NCBI GenBank assembly: GCA_009843785.1
Contig: VYCT01000339.1
Span: 4,228-68,227 of the forward strand
DNA length: 64,000 nucleotides
Direction: 5' to 3'
Source of the DNA: Candidatus Poribacteria bacterium
GTDB taxonomy: Bacteria > Poribacteria > WGA-4E > WGA-3G
A program made the translations under genes and the position numbers. Of the stretch, positions 48,513-58,340 are shown one piece after another. The notes under the pieces are model-generated. The model saw nothing but the letters and a program-made list of their open reading frames with translations, made no database searches and had not been told where the DNA came from. Numbering within the stretch: position 1 is the first letter of the stretch; each line of letters begins with the position of its first letter.

Positions 48513-49235
48513 TTAGCTGATAATCATACTCGCATTGTACATGTTGTAATTGTTGTGTTCCTCGGTGCCAGGCTTGAAACTTACCGGCTCGACGAACTGG
48601 TCTGTTTGGGGCTCAATAAAAACGACATCAACAGACGCGCCGTCCTGAATGATCGCGATGTTGAACGCGTGTTCACCGGACGCAGATAGCACGCGACCGA
48701 CGGAGTTGATACCGAGATCGCAACACCGCGTGGCGAACTTCCGCGCGATGTCCTCACAATCGTAATCTTCCGCCTGCCACTCGATTTTATCCACTTCGGT
48801 TTCCGCTAATACCCGGTTGAGCATGTCGCGGGTCAGCACAGTGTACTTCGCGTCGGTCAATTTGAACGGCTGGACGCGCTTGATGTCCCCCGTCTCAATC
48901 TCCATTTCCTCGCTGCGACAAAAGTCCCGGTTGCCATCGCGGATACAGACCTTGTGCAACAAAGCTTGTCCGACCACACCGGCATCATAAACCTTCATGT
49001 CAGCCTGAATATCCGCTTTAAGACCTGCATGAGCGTCCGCTTTTTGCGCTGACGGAAACGTGGCCTCATTCGGTGATTCTGCCTCCCCGGTTTCTGTCGC
49101 GCGACGCTGCGATGTTTGTGGTGTTGAAATGATCTGATCCGGTTGACGCTCGCCATGGGTGTGCTGATCTGCTTCAAGTGCTGTCAGCCGACCCTCTATG
49201 TCGTCAAAACGCGGCTCAATATCTTGGACTCTCAC
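48513..49235 (-). CDS. Hypothetical protein, coiled-coil N-terminus.
   Basis: The N-terminus (VQDIEPRFDDIEGRLTALEADQ) is paralogous to that of 47825..48481. Confidence 0.45.
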   Translation of the reverse strand: MRVQDIEPRFDDIEGRLTALEADQHTHGERQPDQIISTPQTSQRRATETGEAESPNEATFPSAQKADAHAGLKADIQADMKVYDAGVVGQALLHKVCIRDGNRDFCRSEEMEIETGDIKRVQPFKLTDAKYTVLTRDMLNRVLAETEVDKIEWQAEDYDCEDIARKFATRCCDLGINSVGRVLSASGEHAFNIAIIQDGASVDVVFIEPQTDQFVEPVSFKPGTEEHNNYNMYNASMIIS

Positions 49236-49819
49236 TTTTTTTTTATCCTCCTTGTGAGCTCTGCGAGGAGCTTTTCGTCTGGGACGTGTCCCAACGTTGT
49301 TTCTGTCGGTTGTGGCGCCGTAGCAGGGGTTCCATATTCTCTGAAGTACCCGTTCCGCATGGCAAACGATGCGCGTTCCCAGCGTTGGGGGGTCTGCCGT
49401 GCTGCAAGCGAGTTCATCATCTCCTCTGCGGCTGTGCTGAAGTCCCTCGCTTTCACGGCGGCGATAAACTTCTTGAACTTCCTGAAACCGGCACCGCCGA
49501 CTTGGAACACCATTGACAGAATCACGGCACGCCGGGTTTCTCCTAACGCTTCTAACTCGTCCGGCATGAATGTGGGTTGAACATCCTCTAAAGCGTCCCC
49601 TACATCTATGTCAAAGAGGGCATCGCACTGCGCATCGGTGAGCGATAAGGTATGCACAGTATCGAGGGTGTAGTCGCCGAGTATCCGTGCCTCCTCGTCG
49701 GTCTGTTCGATTTCGAGGTTATGACCGATACCGATGTGCCATATCCCTTCAACTCGATGTGCTTGCGGGTTATAGCCTTCCTCGTCTTTCAAAAGTTGCC
49801 GCAGTAAAGTGTTATCCAT
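49232..49819 (-). CDS. T4-type lysozyme (GH24 endolysin).
   Basis: Collinear with T4 lysozyme: LLKDEEGY...[12 protein letters not shown] matches [39 protein letters not shown] matches [31 protein letters not shown]...[20 protein letters not shown] matches RRAAINMVFQMGETGVAGF...[20 protein letters not shown]. Confidence 0.8.
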   Translation of the reverse strand: [195 protein letters not shown]

Positions 49820-50033
49820 TGGGTTTGTTTTCTCCGTTGTTGGTACTTTTCGTGTAGATATACGCGAAAATACCGGTTACGATATTCGTCAGCACAAGCC
49901 GCACGGCTGTCGTGTGTGATGCGGAGGCGAATTCAGGGCTTTTGTAGCACCAGTATTCAAAAACGATCCACATCCCAAACGACAAGCCTAAGAGTAGCGT
50001 CTGCTGTATCTCGTCCCAAGTTTCCTTCCTCAT
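49812..50033 (-). CDS. Small two-transmembrane membrane protein, holin-like.
   Basis: 73 aa with two hydrophobic helices. The ORF overlaps the lysozyme start. Confidence 0.4.
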   Translation of the reverse strand: MRKETWDEIQQTLLLGLSFGMWIVFEYWCYKSPEFASASHTTAVRLVLTNIVTGIFAYIYTKSTNNGENKPNG

Positions 50034-50044
50034 TTTTATCCCTC

Positions 50045-50395
50045 CTATTCTATAAACTCCGCATCCGTTTTGCGTGCAATCGCTTTCAATGCCCGCATGA
50101 GTTCTTTATGTTCCGCAGAGACTTTCACCCTGCAGTCGGTTATCATCGCCGCTAATTCCCGATGCGATTCGTCTTCCTTCTGTTGAAAGTCCACGAGCGC
50201 GTCGCGGTAAGATTGGATAACTTCAAAGAACTTCTCATCGCGTTCTTTGATGGTTTGCAGGAACATTTGTCGTTCGGCAGCATGCTCTTTTAAGAGTTTC
50301 GGGAGCAGGACGACTGCAGCAAACATCAGGATCGCTACATACCCTATCTGAATAAGACTGCCGGAGTTTGATTGTAAAAGCGATAAGAAATCCAT
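50045..50395 (-). CDS. Membrane-anchored coiled-coil protein (holin or spanin-like).
   Basis: N-terminal transmembrane segment (IQIGYVAILMFAAVVLL) followed by a charged helix. It lies in the lysis cassette. Confidence 0.35.
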   Translation of the reverse strand: MDFLSLLQSNSGSLIQIGYVAILMFAAVVLLPKLLKEHAAERQMFLQTIKERDEKFFEVIQSYRDALVDFQQKEDESHRELAAMITDCRVKVSAEHKELMRALKAIARKTDAEFIE

Positions 50396-50989
50396 CTATT
50401 TCCCCCAATCCCAGTTCGGCTTCGTGCCACCGTGATATGGCTTGGCATGCTCGTACTGGATAAGTAGTGAAGCGATGTCGATCTCGCCAACCGCGACATC
50501 CGCGATGGTGCGTCCGGCGTATTTGCCGTGTTCGGGATCTGTGAGCGAGATTTTGTTGCTGTTGTTTGTGATGATGTCGATGAGTGTTTGCCGTGCTGCG
50601 AGTGCGGCGGCTTTTTCTCGTTCACGCGAGGCTTCCGATCGCAGGCTGCCATCCGCGTTTTTTGTGGATGTCCGTTTCTCTGGCGTATCGATGCCGGCAA
50701 TGCGGATGTCGGTGACGACGTATACACCGTCATCGTCGATGATGATCCCTGGCCATTTCAGTCCTGTCTCATCCGAAGCGAAGGCGTGATCTAAAACCTT
50801 TACACGCACATCTTTGATGGTATCTCCGTCATAGACCTGTGCTTGTGGATCGGTGACAATACAGTTCCATTGCTGCGGTGCATCTCCCCAAACATGGAGG
50901 ACACCGTACATCAGCGCGGTGCCGAGCATCGCCAGCAGTGAACCGAATAAAATTACGTAGAGGAACGTTCTAAAATTTGGGTTTTGCAT
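50396..50989 (-). CDS. Membrane-anchored staphylococcal-nuclease-like thermonuclease.
   Basis: N-terminal transmembrane segment. The SNase blocks YDGDTIKDVRV and RIAGIDTPE (the RL.GIDTPE motif) are present. HGKYAGRTIADV and the YEHAKPY..GGT block are also present. Confidence 0.65.
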   Translation of the reverse strand: MQNPNFRTFLYVILFGSLLAMLGTALMYGVLHVWGDAPQQWNCIVTDPQAQVYDGDTIKDVRVKVLDHAFASDETGLKWPGIIIDDDGVYVVTDIRIAGIDTPEKRTSTKNADGSLRSEASREREKAAALAARQTLIDIITNNSNKISLTDPEHGKYAGRTIADVAVGEIDIASLLIQYEHAKPYHGGTKPNWDWGK

Positions 50990-51131
50990 CTCGTGTCTCC
51001 TTTCTGTCTTTTTGTATGGATTGGCGAATACGACGCTTCATAACCCGCTTGGACAAAAACTGTTTTAATAAGCGTTCGATGTTCACGATGATTTTCTGCA
51101 GCAGATGTTCCCGCATTCGCCTACCCTCCAT

Positions 51132-51641
51132 CTAAAAAAGATTTCCTTCGATTTCGGCGATCTCCTCACGCACCCATTTCTCTGTGAGCTTCTCGATATT
51201 TTCATCGAGCCGTCCGCCGACCGTAATGAGATCAAAAACGGGCCGCGAAGGTAACCGCTCGGTCCCAAGTTCGTGCTGCTCCGGGTAATTCTCACCGTAG
51301 ACAGCTTCAAAATACCCGCCATCGATACCCCAAATCATCTCGCTCGGTCCGAAATGCGCGATGTTACCAGGGTGCGCAGTACTCGTAGCAGCCTGAATAT
51401 AGTTGTCGTCGCGACGCAAGATCGTTTTCCCTGGATGCGTGATCGCCTTCTCTGCGGCATAAGCCGGATGCAAAGCCGGCCACTCACCACGACCCTCCGT
51501 CTCAAAAACTTCTGCGATCTCACCGGCGACTAACGGCGCAATGAAATCTGAGAACAACCGCGTCCGATCTGTGAGTCGATGCTCAAGCTGGGTAACGTAC
51601 GCCTGTAGTCTCGATAACCCGTCGATTTGTATGTCAATCAT
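51132..51641 (-). CDS. Hypothetical phage protein (possibly virion morphogenesis).
   Basis: ORF in the late block. No firm motif. Confidence 0.4.
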   Translation of the reverse strand: MIDIQIDGLSRLQAYVTQLEHRLTDRTRLFSDFIAPLVAGEIAEVFETEGRGEWPALHPAYAAEKAITHPGKTILRRDDNYIQAATSTAHPGNIAHFGPSEMIWGIDGGYFEAVYGENYPEQHELGTERLPSRPVFDLITVGGRLDENIEKLTEKWVREEIAEIEGNLF

Positions 51642-51733
51642 TTATAGTGTCCAGTAATCAGTGTTCGTAGGGGTTGGGTTTCCCAACCCGTGCGGACGAG
51701 GCAACCTCGCCCCTACGGTAACTGGTAACTTCC

Positions 51734-52051
51734 TCACGGTATCTCATCCCCGCGGAGTTCCAGTATCATCGTCCCACCGAGCGGACGGACACGATGCACC
51801 GTCAATTCGCTGTCATCTGCACGCCGTAGAATATCGCCACCGATGATGTCCGGGTTCGGTTTTTCGAGCAACGCTGCCCAGCCGGTACCACCAATCGCGA
51901 CACCGGAACTTGTCAATCGAATCAGATCGCTTTCAGGTGCGATCAGACACACAACATCTTCAGCGATCGTCATCACGTTACTGCGGACAACGGCATCTTG
52001 ACGGACGACGGTCACTTCCTCTTTGAGTTGGGGCGGTATTCTAAATCGCAT
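51734..52051 (-). CDS. Hypothetical phage protein.
   Basis: The start is placed at MRFRIPPQL, with RBS AGGTGA 6 nt upstream. The longer ORF listed would overlap the upstream gene by 110 nt. Confidence 0.4.
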   Translation of the reverse strand: MRFRIPPQLKEEVTVVRQDAVVRSNVMTIAEDVVCLIAPESDLIRLTSSGVAIGGTGWAALLEKPNPDIIGGDILRRADDSELTVHRVRPLGGTMILELRGDEIP

Positions 52052-52055
52052 ATTT

Positions 52056-52553
52056 TCACCTATCCGTGTAGACCCGCCTGTGAGGATAGCGCGGTGTTTT
52101 GACTTCCGATCGTTCTGTGCCAACACCACCGAACGGGTTACGACGTTTACGTTGCGTTGACGCACTCCCAGCAGCAGCGGCGTTCTCTATGATGTCGTTC
52201 ACGAGTTCGTCTGCTTCAGCGAGATGGAACGCGCGTTTCTCTTGCCAGTCGATTTGCTGAACCTCGGTCGCAACTTGGATCAATGTCTGCCGTAACTGCT
52301 GCGGTGCTGTGAGACACAAGACTGCGGCACACTCGTGCATCATCGCGAGTCTCGCATCCTCAAGACCGTCACCTGTCAGACTATCGACATCAATACCAGC
52401 AGCGTTCAACCGTTTGCGTACCTTGCGTTCTGCCTCCGGCGCGAAAGGGCGTTGCGATAGATAGTCGTCTGAGATATGCTCCGCGGTGACATCTGGCGCA
52501 ATTAGCCCTCGCACGCCGTCATAGTGTTGGGAAGTCAAGACAGTTGCTGCCAT
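52056..52553 (-). CDS. Hypothetical phage protein (head-tail adaptor-like by position).
   Basis: ORF directly downstream of the putative capsid gene. Confidence 0.4.
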   Translation of the reverse strand: MAATVLTSQHYDGVRGLIAPDVTAEHISDDYLSQRPFAPEAERKVRKRLNAAGIDVDSLTGDGLEDARLAMMHECAAVLCLTAPQQLRQTLIQVATEVQQIDWQEKRAFHLAEADELVNDIIENAAAAGSASTQRKRRNPFGGVGTERSEVKTPRYPHRRVYTDR

Positions 52554-52669
52554 CCGTTGTTCCTTTTAAGAGTTGTCCAGTGTGCTAAAGTCTGTCCAGT
52601 GAGCTAAAGTTGAAAGAGGGATCCTCATAACTTCACAACTTTGAAACTCTCGGACACTATCAAACTTTC

Positions 52670-54061
52670 TTATTCCGCATCGACGACTTTCAGAATGTCG
52701 GTGCCGGCGTGGCTACTCGGGAGTCCGCCCATCTGGATGATATAGCATGCCTTCTTCGGCTGATACGAGATCCAGCCCCAAATCTCGGAGCAGACGATGT
52801 ACTCAACCTGTTTCAGCATATCCCGCGTGGTTTCGATGATGTCGGTGTTCATTTGCGTGACGAACTCAATCGCTTTCCGTAAGTCGTAAGCGATATAGGC
52901 GTTGTATTTGCCGCCGCGTGTCGACGTGCCGTTGGACTGGAACCACTGCAACCGGTCTTTCAACTTTTCGTGCCAACCGATGCCGATACCCTGAGACAGC
53001 TGGTTCATGATGCGAAATGCACCGCCAAAACCGCTCAGCACGGCGTTATCGCGTTCGATCAATGCCGTCATCATCACATTCGTACCGGCGATCTTCGCGA
53101 GTTGGATGTCGGTAATATCGTCCTCGTAACCGAGACCGGATGTCATCATGTAGGACCGCTTGAACTTTTTCTGGAGGGTCAACCAGGCTTTCGGGGTCAT
53201 GGTTGTTGCATCGGCATCCAGATCGGTCAACGGGATAAGCGTGCCACCGAGATTGTCGCCACCGGCACCTTTTAGCATCACTTCAAGCCCTTCGTCAACT
53301 TTCGCCATCGTCCGCTGCACTGCGATTTCTTCTACGTGTTCCATCGCTTTATCGATAAACTCGACTTCCCGCAAATGCTCATACGTGAACGGAATCGCGA
53401 GCATCCGTTTTTTCGGACGGATCGGACGTTCAGAGGTCCCGAAGGTTACCATGGGTGGATCGGAGGCAGGGGTTCGGCGTTCTTCACGGAAAGCGTCTTC
53501 GTCGTATTCCAGGATGGTGGCGCGATAGTCGCTTTTGCTTGTCTCTGCGAACCGGCTCGTGAGTTCTTCCAAACGGATGTCCACTTCGACATCCTGATCC
53601 CAGTGTGCCATCGCATCGTAAAACGGCGTGAGTGTAGAGCCGGGCTCGGTGTCATAGACACTGTTAAATGTACCTGCCCGTTCCCAGCGGGCGCGACGGT
53701 CCGCTTTCCGTGCTGCAGCGGCGACTTGCGGGGCATAACTTACGCTTCGGTAAGCATTCAAACACATCTCTTTGAGTACGAATTCTTTCGCAGGATCGCC
53801 AACCACATCCTCGCACCGTGTGGGCCAGATACCCGCGGCGGGATTACACACTGTCGTCATATCGAGGTCGTCTTGGATGACTTCCATTGCGGAGAGCCGT
53901 TCATCGTCAGGACCGAGTTCGCCATCCTTTTCTGGATCGTATTGGGTATCGGCATACGCCGAAAACGGCATCCCCGCATCCGCAGCTTCTTCAACGAACT
54001 TTGTCCGCTCGGACTCGTTATTGACGCGCTGCGTGAGTTCTCGTGTTGTTAATAAAGCCAT
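52670..54061 (-). CDS. Putative major capsid protein.
   Basis: A 463-aa ORF downstream of the portal, protease/scaffold and decoration-like genes, in the canonical head-module order. The call is by position only. Confidence 0.4.
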   Translation of the reverse strand: MALLTTRELTQRVNNESERTKFVEEAADAGMPFSAYADTQYDPEKDGELGPDDERLSAMEVIQDDLDMTTVCNPAAGIWPTRCEDVVGDPAKEFVLKEMCLNAYRSVSYAPQVAAAARKADRRARWERAGTFNSVYDTEPGSTLTPFYDAMAHWDQDVEVDIRLEELTSRFAETSKSDYRATILEYDEDAFREERRTPASDPPMVTFGTSERPIRPKKRMLAIPFTYEHLREVEFIDKAMEHVEEIAVQRTMAKVDEGLEVMLKGAGGDNLGGTLIPLTDLDADATTMTPKAWLTLQKKFKRSYMMTSGLGYEDDITDIQLAKIAGTNVMMTALIERDNAVLSGFGGAFRIMNQLSQGIGIGWHEKLKDRLQWFQSNGTSTRGGKYNAYIAYDLRKAIEFVTQMNTDIIETTRDMLKQVEYIVCSEIWGWISYQPKKACYIIQMGGLPSSHAGTDILKVVDAE

Positions 54062-54315
54062 TTTTTCTCCTTAGGAGCAGTTTCCAGTGTCCAGTGTCCA
54101 GTTTCCAGTTATAAGACAAAGCCATCTTTTACTGGTTACAGATAACTATTTACCGGTTACTTCTGTCAAAGCATCTATAGCGTTGAATATGCATTCATGC
54201 TACAATATGCTAATTCTTCAATTTGAAGTTTTCAGTGTCCAGTGTCCAGTGTCCAGTTAAAGAGATATTAGATTCACCAAATTCCTCTTAACTGGTTACT
54301 GGTTACTGGTTACTC

Positions 54316-54852
54316 TTATGCACCCAGCGCAACAAGCGTATGTGTCGTGTCGGAATTGATGACACTGCCTTTACCTTTCACTGCAGCAACCAAGTCACTC
54401 ACTGTTGCAGAGACGGAATTGATCTGCGTCCGTGCGGCGTTATGCGCAGTGCGTCTCTTCGTGTCACTATCTACGTCCCCATCTGCTGCGATAGCGGTGA
54501 TATCCGAAGGTAACGCTGCTGGTGCAGAGACAGCTTTAACGTGCCCTTTCGCTCTGTTAGCACCGAGCGCACCGACAAGCTTATTGCCGCGTGCGACAGT
54601 CTGATTCTCGCCTAACGGGAGATTTAATCCGCCGAACATATAGGCACCGGTGAATTTGTGGTCGTCGTCAACACTGATCACTTTGCCATCAATCTCGTCG
54701 CCATCCCCAACGAGTTCACCTTTCCCATCGGCGTTGATCTTGAACGCTTTACCGACGGCATCAGACCGGTTCGGTTTCGTTGCGTCGTACTGGATCGTGT
54801 CGCCATCCCCTTGGAAGGTGGTGGTGACTAAAAACGGGTGTTCCTTTAGCAT
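54316..54852 (-). CDS. Putative head decoration or minor capsid protein.
   Basis: A 178-aa Gly/Ala/Asp-rich protein between the protease/scaffold and the putative major capsid protein, as with lambda gpD. Confidence 0.3.
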   Translation of the reverse strand: MLKEHPFLVTTTFQGDGDTIQYDATKPNRSDAVGKAFKINADGKGELVGDGDEIDGKVISVDDDHKFTGAYMFGGLNLPLGENQTVARGNKLVGALGANRAKGHVKAVSAPAALPSDITAIAADGDVDSDTKRRTAHNAARTQINSVSATVSDLVAAVKGKGSVINSDTTHTLVALGA

Positions 54853-54952
54853 TGTCTAATCTCCTTGTTTTGTCGTGTGATTGGAAGATTGGAAGTCCTG
54901 GGTTGGAAGATTGGGCACCCATCCTTCCCCCCTTCCATCCATCCACTCCCCG

Positions 54953-56050
54953 CTATCTTCTTCTTCCGCGCCGTCTCCGATCGCGCGTACTTGCCTGCGT
55001 TTTCTCCGGTGGTGGTTGGTGGTCGTCGGTTGTGCTTCGACCTTCCGGCAGTTTGGTATCACCGATTTTCTTGTTGCTTTCGATCGCTTTTTCCAGCTTA
55101 TCGAGCGGCAGATCGGCGTAATACTCGCGGTGGTATTCCTCATCAAAATCGTCACCGTGCGCACGGACACCCTGTTTGATGCCTTCGTCCACGCGTGCTT
55201 GCCGATACGCTTTACCGTCTTCTGCATCAAGCGTCAGGTCTGCGATTTCGTCTTTCTGTTCCTCAACTTTCTCGCGTAGACTGGTGAGTTCGGCTTCCAG
55301 CGTCTCAACAACGGCATCCGGTTCGTCCGTAGTCTTGATGTTCGGGATGTCCAGTTTCTCGCGTAATTGCGCGATCCATTCTTGGTCTGTCATTAGGAGT
55401 TCCTCCATGAAACTGCGCATCTCGCGTTTTTTCTCGATGGCAGTGTTGCGGTTAGACCCGAACTCAACGAGGCTGACCTCTTTAAGCCGGGCATCATAGA
55501 CGGTATACGTGGCTTTTACCTGCTTACCGTCAATTTCATACATCTTCCCCGGTTTGTATGGGGATTTCTCAGCATTCGCGTCCGGTTCATAATCCCAAAA
55601 GGAATACCTGCGGATCGGTTTCTTAGAGATGTTACAAATCTCACGTGCATCATAAAAACCGATGGACACTTGGTTGACCAGTTCGTGTTCAATGGCACGG
55701 ATGAGCTGCTCGCTGGACTTGAATTCGCGAGAGCCCTCGTATTCCATGTTCTTGAGGATATAGAAGTCTATGAAGAGCTCATTTTTATCTGTCAACACGG
55801 CATTCGCAGAGCGTCCATAGCCGAAAGACCGATAGGTGTGATGGTCTTTGAGTGCCACGCCGGGTTTCGTTTTCGCGTCTTTTTCATAGTTGCGGAGCGT
55901 CGTTTCTGGATCCATGATGGAGTTATGCCGATCCAATTTATCGTTGCTCGCCAGCACCCGAATCCAGTATTTATCGTCGTCATCTTCGGGCAATTCCGCG
56001 CCCATCGCGCGCGTCTGTATGATGCCAGGTATATAGCGTACATCTTCCAC
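54953..56050 (-). CDS. Putative prohead protease (HK97/S78-like) fused to an acidic coiled-coil scaffold domain.
   Basis: The N-terminus has WIRVLASNDKLDRHNSIMDPET...DHH...GYG. The C-terminal ~150 aa are strongly acidic with heptad repeats. The gene lies directly downstream of the portal. Confidence 0.4.
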   Translation of the reverse strand: MEDVRYIPGIIQTRAMGAELPEDDDDKYWIRVLASNDKLDRHNSIMDPETTLRNYEKDAKTKPGVALKDHHTYRSFGYGRSANAVLTDKNELFIDFYILKNMEYEGSREFKSSEQLIRAIEHELVNQVSIGFYDAREICNISKKPIRRYSFWDYEPDANAEKSPYKPGKMYEIDGKQVKATYTVYDARLKEVSLVEFGSNRNTAIEKKREMRSFMEELLMTDQEWIAQLREKLDIPNIKTTDEPDAVVETLEAELTSLREKVEEQKDEIADLTLDAEDGKAYRQARVDEGIKQGVRAHGDDFDEEYHREYYADLPLDKLEKAIESNKKIGDTKLPEGRSTTDDHQPPPEKTQASTRDRRRRGRRR

Positions 56051-56054
56051 AGTG

Positions 56055-58340
56055 TTAGTCTCCTTTCTGAATTGTATATGGTGCCCATTTCGCTGCGTTG
56101 GCTATGCAGCTATCACAGTGTTTCGCTGCGACGTTCAAGAGCCAGAACGCCTCGATCGTGTCTTTTTTCTCGTCAATTTCCCACCGGCACCGGCACCGTG
56201 CCCTACAAATTTGGCTACCGTCCGCGGGGTATTCCGGCAGTTCTATGTCAAAACTCGCCGCTTTCGCCTGTTCATGCGCACGGGTTGACGATTCCATATA
56301 GAGTTCCGATCGGGCAGTGATCTGATTCGCACTCAGCCTACCCGCACGGACCTCCTCGCCAAACTGCTGCAAGTAGTCAAACTGGTCTTTGATGATTTCA
56401 GAGAGCGCATCCAGATCGGTTTGAAACATAGCGTTCCGACCGCCACGTGCGAGCATATATTGGGCGTTATTCACATCGCGTATCCGTTTCCGCATCTCAT
56501 GCACCCATTCCTGGACGGTGATCCGCGAGTTGATGAGGTTATCCGTCAGCTCGCTGAACGTGTCGCGCTTCAAATCAACAAAATCGTCACGCAACCGTAG
56601 CACTGTGTTAGCGGAGACCGTCTTTTTCGTCTTGGCATTCCGATACCGTTTCGTCAACTGGTTCCAGACCCAATCCCCTTTTTTCACAGTATCAATCGCA
56701 TCGGTTTGCGTCATGCCGGTCACCCTGGCGTTCAACAGATTCTTGTAGTCGGGTAGCACGTCCTCAAAAGATTCGATCGCACTTTCAAGGAACGCCGCAG
56801 TCACTTCAAAATTGGATGGCACGACAGGGAGCGGATCTTCTGAACCGTCTGGGCTAATTGTTGCGGCTCTTTGGTCGTCACTTTCACTGCTACATTCTGG
56901 GCAGTCGCGATCCGAACAGAGACGCTCATGTTCACGGTTACTGGTAACTGGCAACTGGTAACTGGCGACTTCTTTACTGCGCATCCCGGAGGAATGCTTG
57001 TTCTTTTCTGCCTTGTACTTGTTGACGGCTTCCTCATAAGTTTTGTCATCGATGCCCTCCATATCGCGTAGCTCTTTGAGTTTCTGGAGGTTCTCAATTT
57101 TGATACCCTCCGCCTCTGCGATCGCCTTAACATCTTCAGGGTCGGGTGTGTTCTCGAAAGAGAACATCACCTTACCTTTGACACCTTCGGCGCGCAGGAC
57201 ATACCCCAATTCTGTTGAGAGTGTCCCCGCAACTGTTGACTGGATACTGGATATATCGATCCGGTAATCCTTGCGTTGTTCACGGGCATGCGTCTCAGCG
57301 ACGTTCTCGTTAGAATGCTGCTTAATCGGCGTTGACCCGGTGGCACGACCGACACGCCGATCATATAACCGCATCAGCCCGTCCACTAACCCAAAAAACG
57401 AGCTTTGCATCTGTCCGCCGGTGGGCATGTTCACTTTCACGATGTCCAAGTGACCGTACCCTTCGTTCGGCTTGAGGTTAGAATACATCTGATTCACACC
57501 GTTAATAAAATCTTGGATGAATTCGTCTTCTGCATCGACATCACCGATAATCTCTGGCGGCATGAAGTCTTTGAGCTTCTCGCTGTCGATCTCAAAATCT
57601 GCACGTGCCCAGCCTTGTGATTCCAGGACCCTTCTAAAATCGTTCATGACACCGAGCATCCGGACGACATCCAAAGGTGCGGATTCCAGCATCGACTTGC
57701 CAAACGGTTCATTCGGTCCAGCGTTGAACGGTACGTACATGACTGTCGGATCCTCGTGTAGATACACCCATTTCCCTTTCTGCCATTGACCGAGCAGCCA
57801 CTCGTCTTCGACTCTATGGAAACGCGCAACATACGGATCCATCACTGCGATGTCTATCGCCATATCTGCGGATTCGTTGAGTTCGAGTTCAATGAACATG
57901 GCACCGCCTTTATAGATACCGGCGAAAATCCGATCCAAAATCACATCAAAATCGTGGTGTTTCGTCTCCAGCCGTGCGATAAAGTCGTCTATAACCGGTG
58001 TCGCACTTTCGGGTTCGACTTGGTAATACCACGATTCATTACAGTTCCGCAGAAAGTCTTTGTACGCCTTGTTCACCTCTGGGCTGATGCTTGTCACGAC
58101 TTTCATGAACTGATCGACAGGCAGATGCAACAGCTCTTCTTCTGTCCAGTTCTTCAACTGGAAGACACTCCGGGTGCGTTCCGGCGGTGCGACATGGTAG
58201 AGCGTCTGTGACTTGAACGGGTCCTGCATGGAGACCCGACCGCCAGCGAGTGCCCGTGTGTTCCGGGAACGTGCAACTGCTTCCGGGTCTCTACCGAAGA
58301 TGCGCTTATTCAAGTCTTGAAGTGTCCGTTGTAGATTCAT
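56055..58340 (-). CDS. Putative portal protein, possibly with a C-terminal Mu-F-like head morphogenesis extension.
   Basis: A 761-aa ORF immediately downstream of TerL and upstream of the protease. It contains a heptamer-repeat insertion (VASYQLPVTSN) and a Cys-rich C-terminus. Confidence 0.4.
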   Translation of the reverse strand: MNLQRTLQDLNKRIFGRDPEAVARSRNTRALAGGRVSMQDPFKSQTLYHVAPPERTRSVFQLKNWTEEELLHLPVDQFMKVVTSISPEVNKAYKDFLRNCNESWYYQVEPESATPVIDDFIARLETKHHDFDVILDRIFAGIYKGGAMFIELELNESADMAIDIAVMDPYVARFHRVEDEWLLGQWQKGKWVYLHEDPTVMYVPFNAGPNEPFGKSMLESAPLDVVRMLGVMNDFRRVLESQGWARADFEIDSEKLKDFMPPEIIGDVDAEDEFIQDFINGVNQMYSNLKPNEGYGHLDIVKVNMPTGGQMQSSFFGLVDGLMRLYDRRVGRATGSTPIKQHSNENVAETHAREQRKDYRIDISSIQSTVAGTLSTELGYVLRAEGVKGKVMFSFENTPDPEDVKAIAEAEGIKIENLQKLKELRDMEGIDDKTYEEAVNKYKAEKNKHSSGMRSKEVASYQLPVTSNREHERLCSDRDCPECSSESDDQRAATISPDGSEDPLPVVPSNFEVTAAFLESAIESFEDVLPDYKNLLNARVTGMTQTDAIDTVKKGDWVWNQLTKRYRNAKTKKTVSANTVLRLRDDFVDLKRDTFSELTDNLINSRITVQEWVHEMRKRIRDVNNAQYMLARGGRNAMFQTDLDALSEIIKDQFDYLQQFGEEVRAGRLSANQITARSELYMESSTRAHEQAKAASFDIELPEYPADGSQICRARCRCRWEIDEKKDTIEAFWLLNVAAKHCDSCIANAAKWAPYTIQKGD

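Noticed and set aside
51083-51322. 79-aa minus-strand ORF.
   Set aside because: It overlaps the 3' end of ORF 51132..51641 by ~190 nt in another frame. No RBS. Likely spurious.
53336-54052. 238-aa plus-strand ORF.
   Set aside because: Antisense inside the 463-aa putative capsid gene on the minus strand. Low-complexity Arg/Cys-rich translation.
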